Source: an uncultured bacterium | GTDB taxonomy: Bacteria; Omnitrophota; Omnitrophia; Omnitrophales; Abzuiibacteriaceae | DNA: 64,000 nt | Direction of reading: 5' to 3' | Assembly (NCBI GenBank): GCA_964387845.1 | Contig: CAYLXA010000006.1 | Location: 32,001-96,000 of the forward strand | In this document: piece after piece, positions 1 to 9,392 of the stretch | Layout: the number at the start of each line of letters is the position of its first letter | Position numbering within the stretch: position 1 is the stretch's first letter | The notes under the pieces: model-generated | Told to the model about the DNA's origin: nothing | Seen by the model: only the letters and a program-made list of their open reading frames with translations | The model's database searches: none | Position numbers and translations under genes: made by a program

Positions 1-110
1 TTCCGGATAAAGTCAGGCTGAATCGCGCATATATTGAAAACTATTCTTTCTGGAACGATCTCAAATATATTTATAAAACCTTGCAACGCATTAAATACCA
101 TCAACAATAA
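1..110 (+). CDS. 3' end (C-terminal 35 aa) of a bacterial sugar transferase (Bac_transf; WbaP/EpsL-like polyprenyl-phosphate glycosylphosphotransferase), partial at window edge
   Basis: Frame 3 translates to ...PDKVRLNRAYIENYSFWNDLKYIYKTLQRIKYHQQ* with the stop at 108-110. The YIENxSxWxDLKxxxKT tail is the conserved C-terminus of Bac_transf enzymes. Its position at the head of an EPS locus is consistent. Confidence 0.55.
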   Translation, partial: PDKVRLNRAYIENYSFWNDLKYIYKTLQRIKYHQQ

Positions 111-128
111 TTCTCAAAAAGGATCCGT

Positions 129-1106
129 ATGGGTATTTCAGGTTTAAAGAAGGTTGATATTATTGCGACAGTGGGCCCAAGGTCGTTGTCTAAGCAAGTT
201 ATTTGTGACATGATTGATGCGGGCGCCTCTATCTTGCGGATCAACGGATCGCATGAGAATTTGGAAAGCATTCGAGTTTGTGCTAGCCAGCTACGCAAAT
301 GGATGGGCAAGCGCGCTAAAATCTTAGTAGATATTCCGGGCAATAAGATCAGGACCATGCATTTGGGCGACCCTATTATTTTGAAACCCGGAAAAGAAAT
401 TCAGCTTTTCAAGCATCAGGTTAATTTCCCCGGTTTTTTTAAATTGCTCAGAAAGGGTGACACCATTCTGGCGAATGACGGCTTGGTCAGGTTCAAGGTG
501 CAAAAACCATCCGGCGAGGCAATTGTATTTAAATCAGAAACGGAAGGAAAGCTTGAGAATAATAAAGGATTCCACGTATCACGAAAACTTTCCTTACCGT
601 TTTTGTTTGAAAAGGATATCCAGATTTTTAAATTAGCCAAACAAATTGGAATCGATTTTGTCGGTCTTTCATTTGTACGCTCGGCGGACGATGTTCGAGA
701 GGCAAGGCAATATTTCAAGAATAGTAAAACCAAGCTTTTGGTCAAGGTCGAAACCCGGGGTGCGGTTGACCGGCTTGAAGAAATATTGGCGGAATCCGAT
801 CAAATTTTGATTGACCGGGGCGATCTTGCGGCTGAAATTGGTTTTGAAAATGTTTCATGTGTTCAAACTAAAGTAATCAGCGCTGCCAAGAAGAGAAAAG
901 TCCGCGTTGCATTGGCAACGCAGTTTCTGCACAGTATGGTTGATCGCGATGTTCCTTTGATTGCTGAGGTGGATTCGCTTTATTACGCAATCCGATCAGG
1001 GATTGATGCCGTTCAAGTATCGGAAGAAACTTCGATTGGCCGGTTTCCCGAAAAAGTAATTCGAGTTTTAACTACCATGATTCAGCAAAGCAAGAGAAAA
1101 GTTTAG
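129..1106 (+). CDS. pyruvate kinase family protein, short form (barrel/catalytic domain only; lacks the C-terminal regulatory domain)
   Basis: 325 aa. The motifs IIATVGP, RINGSHE, LVDIPGNKIRT, KVETRGAV, LIDRGDLAAEIG and ATQFLHSM line up with the canonical pyruvate kinase blocks (TIGP / NFSHG / KGPEIR / KIEN / ARGDLG / TQMLESM). Confidence 0.8.
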   Translation: MGISGLKKVDIIATVGPRSLSKQVICDMIDAGASILRINGSHENLESIRVCASQLRKWMGKRAKILVDIPGNKIRTMHLGDPIILKPGKEIQLFKHQVNFPGFFKLLRKGDTILANDGLVRFKVQKPSGEAIVFKSETEGKLENNKGFHVSRKLSLPFLFEKDIQIFKLAKQIGIDFVGLSFVRSADDVREARQYFKNSKTKLLVKVETRGAVDRLEEILAESDQILIDRGDLAAEIGFENVSCVQTKVISAAKKRKVRVALATQFLHSMVDRDVPLIAEVDSLYYAIRSGIDAVQVSEETSIGRFPEKVIRVLTTMIQQSKRKV

Positions 1107-1108
1107 GC

Positions 1109-2053
1109 ATGATTGCTCGCTATTTCAAGAAGGCGCTGGAATATAGCCGGCTAATTCCTATTTGGGAAGAATTTTTATGGCAGAAATCCTACATGGAAGC
1201 CTCTGCGTCGTCGCGGCTATCGGATTTGCGTTCTTTGTGTTTTATGGTTGGACCCAACCGCAATTTGGCCTCTCTCGTAGCGTTGCTTATTTACTTACAT
1301 AAGAACGGGGAAGCCGTGAACCATGCGGGTAGCCGTATTTTTCCTAAAAAAGAAATTGATATTTGGCATCAATGTTCCGAGAACCGTTTTGATTTATTTT
1401 GCCGCTATCTTGAATTTCTTTCGAGCCGCGGAATGCGAGGGCAGACAGGGGGATCTATTCGCTACTCAAATGCTGTGGCAGATCACCCTGAAGCCAAGCA
1501 GCTTGTGCTCAATCGATTTCCGGATTTAAACCGCCGGTCGCCTGTCCATGCGTTGGTGTGGAAAGAGCCTTTAATGATTTACAAGTTTCTGGCTAGCGAT
1601 GGAATGAAGACTGTAGAGTTGTTAAAGTGCTATCAAAAAATTAAGTTGCTTTTGCCGGTTAGAAATCCTCTGGATTGCGCCATTTCAAATAAGAATTTAG
1701 GAGAACGTTGGCTTAAGCGGGCCTATGGCCTTACCGATTTTAGTCTCGAGTCGGTTCTAGAAGCTTTATTTAAGATATATCATTCATTTTTTACATGGAG
1801 TAAAACGTACCCGGGTCGGTGCATGGCGCTGTTTGAGAACGAATGCTCTGAAAATACGCTGAGCCAACTGGCGCAATTTCTCTCCCTAGAGCATGATCCT
1901 GCATGGATTGTGGATTGTTTGCAGGTTTGGAAAGTCAATCAGCACTATCGGTGGGAAAAGTCATGGCTGGAATACTATAAAATTTTGTGCGATCGTTATT
2001 TCTCAGATGTTCCCGAGATTAAAAATCGGTTTTTATTAATGGTAGGATCTTGA
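1109..2053 (+). CDS. hypothetical protein (no recognisable motif); co-oriented with the sulfotransferase gene
   Basis: 314-aa ORF that fits the gene spacing (follows the pyruvate-kinase-like gene by 2 nt). No family-level signature recognised. Confidence 0.4.
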   Translation: MIARYFKKALEYSRLIPIWEEFLWQKSYMEASASSRLSDLRSLCFMVGPNRNLASLVALLIYLHKNGEAVNHAGSRIFPKKEIDIWHQCSENRFDLFCRYLEFLSSRGMRGQTGGSIRYSNAVADHPEAKQLVLNRFPDLNRRSPVHALVWKEPLMIYKFLASDGMKTVELLKCYQKIKLLLPVRNPLDCAISNKNLGERWLKRAYGLTDFSLESVLEALFKIYHSFFTWSKTYPGRCMALFENECSENTLSQLAQFLSLEHDPAWIVDCLQVWKVNQHYRWEKSWLEYYKILCDRYFSDVPEIKNRFLLMVGS

Positions 2054-2072
2054 AAATCAGGAGTATGGGCTT

Positions 2073-2969
2073 ATGCTAGAATTAAAATCTACCGCTTCAT
2101 ATGTTGAGACGATCCGGAGCAGACGCGCGGGCCTTAAGTTCAATTTTATCCGATCGGCGCTTTCGAAATTCTATAACCAACTATGCCTAAGATTCGAAAA
2201 TCAGTTTTTCATTTCGTTTCCAAAATGCGGGCGGACATGGTTGCGCTTCTTTCTTGCGAAATACATCGCAGATAAGTACCAAGTTCCTTTCATGCTGGAT
2301 CATTCGGTTGTCATGCGCGCCCTGAGCTTTGGAACCGGATTTAACTTTGCGCCTCATTTTCATTTTACACATTCAGGTTTTGATGTTCCCGATAAGAATC
2401 AATTTAATAAAATAGCAAAAGCGTTTCGAGGTAAAAAAATCCATTTTCTCATCCGGGATCCAAGAGATGTGGTTATTTCGTACTATTGGCACTATCAAAA
2501 AAGACAGAAGCGATTGAATAAGGATGTTCCACGCGATACGCCGCTTTCGGTTTTTCTGCGTCATCCGGAGGTCGGAATTTCTCAAATCATTGAATTCATG
2601 AACCGTTGGTATGATCAGAGAGGAGACTTTAGTCAATTTTCAATTTGGTGTTACCAGGATTTTAAAAAAGATTCCGGTTTGTTATTTAAAAAGCTTTTGG
2701 AAGGCGTTGGAGAAGGGAAGATTGATCAAGAAGTTTTTGAAAATGCGCTGCAATATTCTAACTTCGATAACATGCGGGCAATGGAATTGAATCAAAAAAT
2801 TAAAGATCCTATGTTGCGCACGCTTGATACGGGCGATCCTGAGGCATTCAAAGTGAGGCGGGGTGTTATCGGGGGATATCGTGACTACTTTTCAAAAGAA
2901 GATCTTGTATTTGCCAATTCGGAAATGGCCAAACTGAATACTAATTTTGGTTACTCGGTTGATCGATAG
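2073..2969 (+). CDS. PAPS-dependent sulfotransferase
   Basis: 5'-PSB motif FPKCGRTWL (PKxGTTW type) and 3'-PB motif FLIRDPRDVVIS (RDPRD). Confidence 0.8.
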   Translation: MLELKSTASYVETIRSRRAGLKFNFIRSALSKFYNQLCLRFENQFFISFPKCGRTWLRFFLAKYIADKYQVPFMLDHSVVMRALSFGTGFNFAPHFHFTHSGFDVPDKNQFNKIAKAFRGKKIHFLIRDPRDVVISYYWHYQKRQKRLNKDVPRDTPLSVFLRHPEVGISQIIEFMNRWYDQRGDFSQFSIWCYQDFKKDSGLLFKKLLEGVGEGKIDQEVFENALQYSNFDNMRAMELNQKIKDPMLRTLDTGDPEAFKVRRGVIGGYRDYFSKEDLVFANSEMAKLNTNFGYSVDR

Positions 2970-2981
2970 CGAATCGAACTT

Positions 2982-3860
2982 ATGGCTTTTCATTGTTTCT
3001 CGGTCGACGTAGAGGGGTTTTGCGAGTCAAACTCCGAGTCGTTCACCGTCCCATCTGGATTAATCGCCAATCGATCGGAGTTAGACGAAATTCAGGCAAA
3101 TATTGAAACGACACTTCAGCTGCTCTCACAATTTCATGTGAAAGCAACTTTTTTTTGTTTGGGTCATTTGGCTTCTCAACGGCCGGAAATTATTAGGGCC
3201 ATAGCAAATGAGAAACATGAAATCGGTTCGCACGGTTATTGGCACAAACGGTTGTTCAATTTAAAGTCGGCGGATCTTGCGGAGTCAATTATCCGATCCA
3301 AAGAAGAACTCGAACAAGTATCCGGCCAAAAAGTTCTCGGTTTCAGGGCGCCCGATTTTTCAATTCAAGCAAGTAATATAAAAGTGTTAGATCTTATTCA
3401 AAAAGCTGGTTACTTGTATGATTCCTCAATTTATCCAATTTCCATGCACGATGTTTACGGTATTCCGGGGGCCAGAAGAGACCTTCATCAATTGGCCAAT
3501 GGAATGATCGAGTTTCCGCCGTCCTCTATCCGTTTCTTAGGTGTGTCCTTTCCGGTTCTTGGAGGCGGATATTTTCGTTTGGCGCCCTTGTGGGTTTCGC
3601 GCTTGGCACTGAAACATTTTACGAGGGCCGGAATGCCTGCGATGATGTATCTCCATCCATACGAAATAGGAGACCGATTTCCCCAAGTTTCCAACCTGTC
3701 TCCTTACCGGAAGTTTCGTCATTATATCAATCTATCAAAAGGAAAGCGCAGACTTCAGTCCATTTTTAAAGAACACAAATTTTATCCGGCAGCAGAATTC
3801 GTTAGTTCCTTCCAAACAGCAAATTCAACACTAAAAGGCAATGTCGATACTTCAAATTAA
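2982..3860 (+). CDS. polysaccharide deacetylase family protein of the PEP-CTERM/exosortase-locus type (DUF3473-like C-terminus)
   Basis: N-terminal FSVDVEGF (the xxVDVEDY motif of this deacetylase subfamily) and HGYWH. It is followed by a GNAT and a FemAB-like gene, as in XrtA-type EPS loci. Confidence 0.6.
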   Translation: MAFHCFSVDVEGFCESNSESFTVPSGLIANRSELDEIQANIETTLQLLSQFHVKATFFCLGHLASQRPEIIRAIANEKHEIGSHGYWHKRLFNLKSADLAESIIRSKEELEQVSGQKVLGFRAPDFSIQASNIKVLDLIQKAGYLYDSSIYPISMHDVYGIPGARRDLHQLANGMIEFPPSSIRFLGVSFPVLGGGYFRLAPLWVSRLALKHFTRAGMPAMMYLHPYEIGDRFPQVSNLSPYRKFRHYINLSKGKRRLQSIFKEHKFYPAAEFVSSFQTANSTLKGNVDTSN

Positions 3861-3917
3861 GTGGGGCGGTTTACGGGATAAAGAGCGCGCCACTGATAAA
3901 CCCGGCAATGCATTGCG

Positions 3918-4556
3918 GTGAAAACCATGAAATACGGTTTACGTTCAGCTATTGCACATCTTCAAATCGAGGGGCTTGGGGCTTTCTTGCTTCGTGCTTT
4001 TCAGATTTTTCTTCGATTATTTTATTATGATATGAAAGCCGAGCTTTTATCGCTTGATTTTAAGCAGCCCTTTTCATTCTCGCATGGTAAAACCTCGCTC
4101 CAAATAGACAAATTGGCTGACGGCGATATCAAGGCTTTGTCTAAAATTACGATGTATGATGAATCGGAAATTCAGAGGAGGCTTCACCGGGGTCAATTTT
4201 GCATGATCGCAAAAGTTGACGGCAATATTGTGCATTACTCATGGGTAACCCGTGAAGTTCAGCAGGCTGACGAAATAGAATCGACACTTCAATTCCAACC
4301 CGGTTGTTTCTATATCTACAACTGCAGAACCCTAAAAAAATTTCGCGGGCTTGGAATTTTTCCGAGCGTGCTTGGTCAAATCATTCATGAAACAAAAGCG
4401 AGGGGAGCATCCAAGGCTTATGCGTTAGTCACGTCTATGAATCATGCCTCAAAGCGCTCATTTTCTAAACTTCATTTTCTGCCTGAGCGAGAATTTAGAG
4501 TAACGCGGATTTTATTCTGGTATTTTGGAAAGCATCAAAACTTATACAGGATTTAA
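3918..4556 (+). CDS. GNAT family N-acetyltransferase
   Basis: GNAT motif A: LKKFRGLGIFPSVLGQIIHETKARG (R/Q-x-x-G-x-G/A). Confidence 0.55.
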   Translation: MKTMKYGLRSAIAHLQIEGLGAFLLRAFQIFLRLFYYDMKAELLSLDFKQPFSFSHGKTSLQIDKLADGDIKALSKITMYDESEIQRRLHRGQFCMIAKVDGNIVHYSWVTREVQQADEIESTLQFQPGCFYIYNCRTLKKFRGLGIFPSVLGQIIHETKARGASKAYALVTSMNHASKRSFSKLHFLPEREFRVTRILFWYFGKHQNLYRI

Positions 4557-5592
4557 ATTTTTGATTACGATCAAAATTTATCAAAAAAATCTACCGGACA
4601 GCTGGGATCAATTGGTTGATGATTGCGCCGGCAGTTGGTATTTTAAATCGAGATGGAAGCGCGTCCTGGACGCTGTTTACAATCACCCAAGTTATTATTT
4701 AGCAGCGGAAGAAACCGGCAAGCTGGTCGGTATCTTGCCCTTGATGTTGGGCGGGAATCTTTTATTCGGGCGTTTTTTGGTTTCTCTTCCTTATTCCTGT
4801 TACGGCGATATTTGCACAAAAGATGCCAATGCGCGAAGTGCTCTTTTGCAAAAAGCGAAGGAAATCGCTCGGTCGCACGGTGTGGAATATTTACAAATTC
4901 GGTCTCAGCATCCGGTTGGCGACCGAGATTTCGTGACCATTTCTGATAAAGCTACTTTTCAATCCGCACTTAATTCCAGTCCTGATTTGTGGTGGGAACG
5001 CCTTTCTGATGATGCTAAACGAGATGTCCGGAAAGCTTTATCGGCCGGCTGTGAAGTCAGAATAGGCGGAAAAGAGTATCTCGATGATTTTTATCACGTT
5101 TTTTGCCGCAGAATGCAGGAATTGGGCTCGCCGGTATATGGGAAAAATCTTTTTCATAAAGTAATCGATATTTTTCAGGATGATGCCAAGATTGTTTTGG
5201 TTTCAAAAGGGGAAAAACCTATTGGCGCCGGTTTTTTGATGATTGATCGGCAAAATATAGAAATACCTTGGTCTGCGTCTTTGGCTTCGGAATTTAAACA
5301 TAAGCCAAACCATTTGATATATTGGAAAGCGGTTCAGTATGGCTTTGAGCGCCGTTGCCGCATGATTGACTTCGGAACTTCTAATCAGGATTCGCCAAAT
5401 GCCGCATTCAAATTGCAGTGGTGCGCACAAAAAATCCCATTGGCATGGTCTTATTACCCTGTCAGGCAGAAAAGGCTTAGTCTCTTAAGTCCCAAAAATC
5501 CTAAATTCAAACTTGCGATTGAGCTTTGGAAAAAACTACCTCCGCCGGTTGCTGATTTCATAGGGCCAAAACTAATTCGCGGCATTCCATAA
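4525..5592 (+). CDS. FemAB-like / BioF2-like (Acetyltransf_6) acyltransferase, PEP-CTERM-system-associated type
   Basis: The length, position after the deacetylase and GNAT genes, and the C-terminal GNAT-fold-like region (PIGAGFLMIDRQN...YWKAVQYGFERRCRMIDFG) support the call. The start is TTG at 4525. An alternative TTG at 4561 would remove the overlap with the upstream gene. Confidence 0.5.
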   Translation: MESIKTYTGFKFLITIKIYQKNLPDSWDQLVDDCAGSWYFKSRWKRVLDAVYNHPSYYLAAEETGKLVGILPLMLGGNLLFGRFLVSLPYSCYGDICTKDANARSALLQKAKEIARSHGVEYLQIRSQHPVGDRDFVTISDKATFQSALNSSPDLWWERLSDDAKRDVRKALSAGCEVRIGGKEYLDDFYHVFCRRMQELGSPVYGKNLFHKVIDIFQDDAKIVLVSKGEKPIGAGFLMIDRQNIEIPWSASLASEFKHKPNHLIYWKAVQYGFERRCRMIDFGTSNQDSPNAAFKLQWCAQKIPLAWSYYPVRQKRLSLLSPKNPKFKLAIELWKKLPPPVADFIGPKLIRGIP

Positions 5593-6851
5593 TGATATCC
5601 AAATGCTGGACTAGTTTGTTAGTGTTCCTGTTTATTCTTGTGTTGTGGGTTATTTACCACATCTGGGGAACGGCCATTTTTCTGCATGCTTGTGAAGGGC
5701 AGTTTGGGTCTTTTTTGAATCAACTATTCTCAGCGCGAATCTCTGAGGTGACGCCTGAATACTGTTCGGATCGAGCCGGCCAATTTGTGTCGTACTTCTT
5801 AACAGCTATTTTATTTACTTCGGGCTTTATCGCTGTTTATATCCATGTCATTGAATATTTAAATTCTGTCAAACGGTCATGGTTTGGAAATTGCGTGATA
5901 ATTTTATTGACGATTTTTTTAATTTTCTCGGGAAGTGAGTTGGGTGTACGTTTGTATCAACTTCTCAAAGACGAGGTGCCTTTTTCAAAAAATTTGAATG
6001 ATTTTTACGACCCCATATTGGGATGGAGGGGAGAGGGGCGATTTGGTAATTTGCGCACCGATCGTCCGAAAGTGTTTTTTATAGGTGATTCGTTCACAGA
6101 AGCCAAGAAGGTTTCTGAAAGTGCAAAGTTCTTTAATGTAATCCGCGATGAATTAAAAATCGAACCCTTTGTTTACGGTAGAACCAGTTACGGCACTTTG
6201 CAGGAATATCTGATTTTAGATCGCTACATGGATTTAATTGAGCCGGATTTAATTGTTTTGCAGATATGCTCAAACGATTTTATTAATAATTCATACGAGC
6301 TTGAAAAGCTGAGTTTTTTTAACAACAAAAGAATTCAAAGGCCTTATTGGATTAACGGACAAATCGAACTCCGTTTTCCGAGAGATCATGAATGGCTGCA
6401 TGCAGTTAAGTTTAAATTGTCCAGCTACTCGCGCCTATTCCACTTTATTTTAATCGGCTTTGATTATCTTTCAATCCGCCTCTGGCAGTTGAGTGGTGCT
6501 GAGAGCGTAGAGATGCGTATTAAGCGCGAAGGTGTTCATTTTGACTTATTTCGCGAATCGGTCGAAATAACGGATCATATCGTGGGGCTCATGCAGGAAC
6601 GGGTATCCGGCGTACCCATAGTCGTAATTCCAACCGACCGCAGCGAGCCATATTTGGGAGAGTTCCGGAAAATCTTTCAGAAATACAAAATTCGATTTCT
6701 TGAAGAAGCTTCGATTGAACTAGAGCATAAAAAAGCGAGCGGGGTTTTGGTTACGTTTAAAGACGGCGTGCATTGGAATGATCAAGGGCATCGCATTGCC
6801 GGACAAGTTATCTCGGCAGCGTTGCAGAATATTGTTCGGCGCAGGAGTTAG
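5592..6851 (+). CDS. membrane-anchored SGNH/GDSL hydrolase family protein (probable polysaccharide O-acyl esterase/acyltransferase)
   Basis: N-terminal TM helix. Block I FFIGDSFTEA, block III CSNDFINN and block V DGVHWNDQGH (DxxH). Confidence 0.6.
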   Translation: MISKCWTSLLVFLFILVLWVIYHIWGTAIFLHACEGQFGSFLNQLFSARISEVTPEYCSDRAGQFVSYFLTAILFTSGFIAVYIHVIEYLNSVKRSWFGNCVIILLTIFLIFSGSELGVRLYQLLKDEVPFSKNLNDFYDPILGWRGEGRFGNLRTDRPKVFFIGDSFTEAKKVSESAKFFNVIRDELKIEPFVYGRTSYGTLQEYLILDRYMDLIEPDLIVLQICSNDFINNSYELEKLSFFNNKRIQRPYWINGQIELRFPRDHEWLHAVKFKLSSYSRLFHFILIGFDYLSIRLWQLSGAESVEMRIKREGVHFDLFRESVEITDHIVGLMQERVSGVPIVVIPTDRSEPYLGEFRKIFQKYKIRFLEEASIELEHKKASGVLVTFKDGVHWNDQGHRIAGQVISAALQNIVRRRS

Positions 6852-7159
6852 TTTCCACGAAATGCGCGTTGAAACCATTTATTGAGTTTTCTCTCGATGG
6901 CGGGAATTTTGGGATCCCAAAAATGTTTTACGTTATCGGATCGATATACTTGGTAGAAATCAAGCAAGCGGATTAGTTCCAATAATTCCTCTTTTGATAC
7001 CTCATCAAATACGACCGGCTGGCTCTGAGATGTGCGCTGCAGCAAGGCACTAGCTTTCTTGGCCTCAATATTGATTTTAGATTGAGCCAACTCTCCGATC
7101 GCTTTGAGGATTAACTGCCACTCATCTTGATTGATATCAGCCAGTGTGATTCTAGGCAT
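6848..7159 (-). CDS. hypothetical small protein (103 aa)
   Basis: ORF co-oriented with, and overlapping by 8 nt, the start region of the downstream GT4 gene. No motif recognised. Confidence 0.35.
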   Translation of the reverse strand: MPRITLADINQDEWQLILKAIGELAQSKINIEAKKASALLQRTSQSQPVVFDEVSKEELLELIRLLDFYQVYRSDNVKHFWDPKIPAIERKLNKWFQRAFRGN

Positions 7160-8477
7160 CGTTTTTTACCAGTAAATTAAATTGATCGGCCAAGCAACCG
7201 GCCAACCGATATGCATTGAACCGGTCAATATAATCAGCGGGATTATGCACTTTTACTTTATTTTGCTTCCAATCGTCATAAAGTTTGATAATCGATTGTT
7301 TGATTTCGGGCAATGATGAAGGCGAAGCAATGTAAACAGAGGGGAGAGGGCGTAAATATTCTGAACAAACACCGGTTTTTGGGATAATGGCAAGAATCGG
7401 TTTTTGAAGGGCCATATAATCAAATATTTTTGCATTAACGATGTGATCCTTCATTTCTTCTTCAACCATAACCAGCAAAGTGCTTGCATCTGAAATAATT
7501 TTAAGCGCCTCCTTTTGCGAACAAAGAGGCTTTAGATCGGTTATTGCCCGAATGTGGCGAAATTTGTCTGGCAGTAATTTTAGGTTACTGACAAACTTAA
7601 TACGTATTTGCGTGGCCTCTATTCTTCTTTCATCAATTAGTTGTTCAATGCTTGTAAAAAAAGCATCAGGGCAGCGGTCTCCATAAAAAGCACCCATATA
7701 ACCAATGGTAAAGGTTTGGTTACTGCTCTGACCGGATTCTTTCCGAACTTCATCAATCATCTCTGGATCGAAGCCATTTGTTACGGTTACAAATTTATCG
7801 GAATTGGGCGCGTGGTGCCTTAAATCTTGGTTGATGTGTTCGCCGACGCTGGTAATGAGATCTGCAGACCGGATCATTTGCTTTTCTAAGTACTGTTGAA
7901 GCTTTCGATGAAGAGGAGTGGGAAAGAACATATTTTTATTGGTTGTCCAAACATCGCGGAAATCGGCAATCCATGGCTTTTTGCATATTTTTTTTAGAGT
8001 CCAAGCAACCAGATGATTAGAAGCCGGTCCGAATGTCGAAAAAATGAGGTCGCATTGATGTTGTTTCATTATTCTCAAGCCTCCCATTACGGCAAAAGGA
8101 AACCAAAGTATTTGGCGGTCCGGGACTAGAAAGAAAGCGGTAATCCATCGTATGAATTTGCCGCCTATTGAACTTTTTATTTGAGAAAAGGAGCCTCGAA
8201 CAGACGAAAACGGGTCTAGGCTAAAGGTTCTATTGATGGTAACTTGAGAGGGGATTCCGTTTATCTGCCGAATATCCCCATCGGACTCTCGACTTGAATT
8301 GTGCAATGTTAAAACGTGGACATTCCACCCATGCTGGGTTAAATATTTGGAAAAATTCTTGCTTCGGATGCTGCCGCCTGCCGGAAGTGGGGGGTATGCG
8401 TAGCTGATAAAACACACACTCTTGGGATTAGATAAAGACATGGCTAAAATCATATCAAAGAAAACTGGTTTATGCAT
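7152..8477 (-). CDS. glycosyltransferase family 4 (GT-B, group 1 glycosyltransferase)
   Basis: 441 aa. C-terminal E-x7-E region (VMVEEEMKDHIVNAKIFDYMALQKPILA) and a GT-B layout typical of GT4. Confidence 0.65.
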   Translation of the reverse strand: MHKPVFFDMILAMSLSNPKSVCFISYAYPPLPAGGSIRSKNFSKYLTQHGWNVHVLTLHNSSRESDGDIRQINGIPSQVTINRTFSLDPFSSVRGSFSQIKSSIGGKFIRWITAFFLVPDRQILWFPFAVMGGLRIMKQHQCDLIFSTFGPASNHLVAWTLKKICKKPWIADFRDVWTTNKNMFFPTPLHRKLQQYLEKQMIRSADLITSVGEHINQDLRHHAPNSDKFVTVTNGFDPEMIDEVRKESGQSSNQTFTIGYMGAFYGDRCPDAFFTSIEQLIDERRIEATQIRIKFVSNLKLLPDKFRHIRAITDLKPLCSQKEALKIISDASTLLVMVEEEMKDHIVNAKIFDYMALQKPILAIIPKTGVCSEYLRPLPSVYIASPSSLPEIKQSIIKLYDDWKQNKVKVHNPADYIDRFNAYRLAGCLADQFNLLVKNDA

Positions 8478-8560
8478 CCCTGGTTTTTTGTTAAAATACG
8501 CTTCTTCGGGAGTTTAAATCAATGACCATAAAAGGTCTGTTTGAAGTTTAAAGGGAGCGT

Positions 8561-9367
8561 ATGAACAGAGGATATGATCGGCAAATTGAAGAGCATTATA
8601 AGGGCGTCGCAAAAGAACAGGGTCTTTTGTCGACGAGCACCATGGCGGATGAAATTATCCGGAATTTGGAAACAGATGCGATTGTTCAATTTTTGAGAGC
8701 AGCCCTCAAAGACTGTCCGACTCAGGCAATCGTGATGGATGTTGGGTGCGGCAATGGGTATACCTTAGAAAAATTGTCGAAACAATTTCCCAACTGTCAG
8801 TTTATCGGCGTTGAAAAATCAAACGATCTTAGAGCGCTGGCATCATCAAGATTCTCAAAGAGTGAACGCGTCAAGATTGTAGAGGGCGACATACGACAAG
8901 AAAATTTCTCGAAGGGCATTCAGGCGGATGTCCTGATTTGCCAGAGAGTGATCATTAATATTTTGAGCTTGGAAGATCAGAAGCAGGCGCTTCAGAATAT
9001 TTTAAATGTGTTAAAGCCCAAAGCTCATTTGATATTTATAGAATGTTTTGAAGAGGCTCTCGAAAAACTGAATGTTGCCAGGAGTGAATTTGGTTTAGAG
9101 CCTTTGCCTCCGGCTCATCACAACATGTACTTGCCTTCGGATTTTTTCAGTGTGGCCGGATTGAGAGCTCTCGATTCGCATCATGAGCTGCCCCCCGCAA
9201 ATTTTCTATCTACTCACTATTACATCACGCGCGTTCTTCATCCCTATTTCAACCAGGGGAAACCGTTTAAGCATAATTCCGAATTCGTTAAGTTTCTTTC
9301 CGGCGCGTTGAAGCCCGGTGTCGGTGATTATGCTCCGCTCAAGGCATGCATATTTAGAAAAGGTTGA
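8561..9367 (+). CDS. class I SAM-dependent methyltransferase
   Basis: Motif I VMDVGCGNGYTLEKL. Motif II/III region ADVLICQRVI. Confidence 0.75.
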   Translation: MNRGYDRQIEEHYKGVAKEQGLLSTSTMADEIIRNLETDAIVQFLRAALKDCPTQAIVMDVGCGNGYTLEKLSKQFPNCQFIGVEKSNDLRALASSRFSKSERVKIVEGDIRQENFSKGIQADVLICQRVIINILSLEDQKQALQNILNVLKPKAHLIFIECFEEALEKLNVARSEFGLEPLPPAHHNMYLPSDFFSVAGLRALDSHHELPPANFLSTHYYITRVLHPYFNQGKPFKHNSEFVKFLSGALKPGVGDYAPLKACIFRKG

Positions 9368-9392
9368 CACGATTAAGTCAATTGGCCGCTTT

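Noticed and set aside
416..745. Minus-strand 109-aa ORF and other small ORFs overlapping the pyruvate-kinase-like gene (also 101-358, 1323-1529, 2187-2636, 3488-3722)
   Set aside because: They overlap better-supported plus-strand genes that have clear family motifs. They have no motifs of their own.
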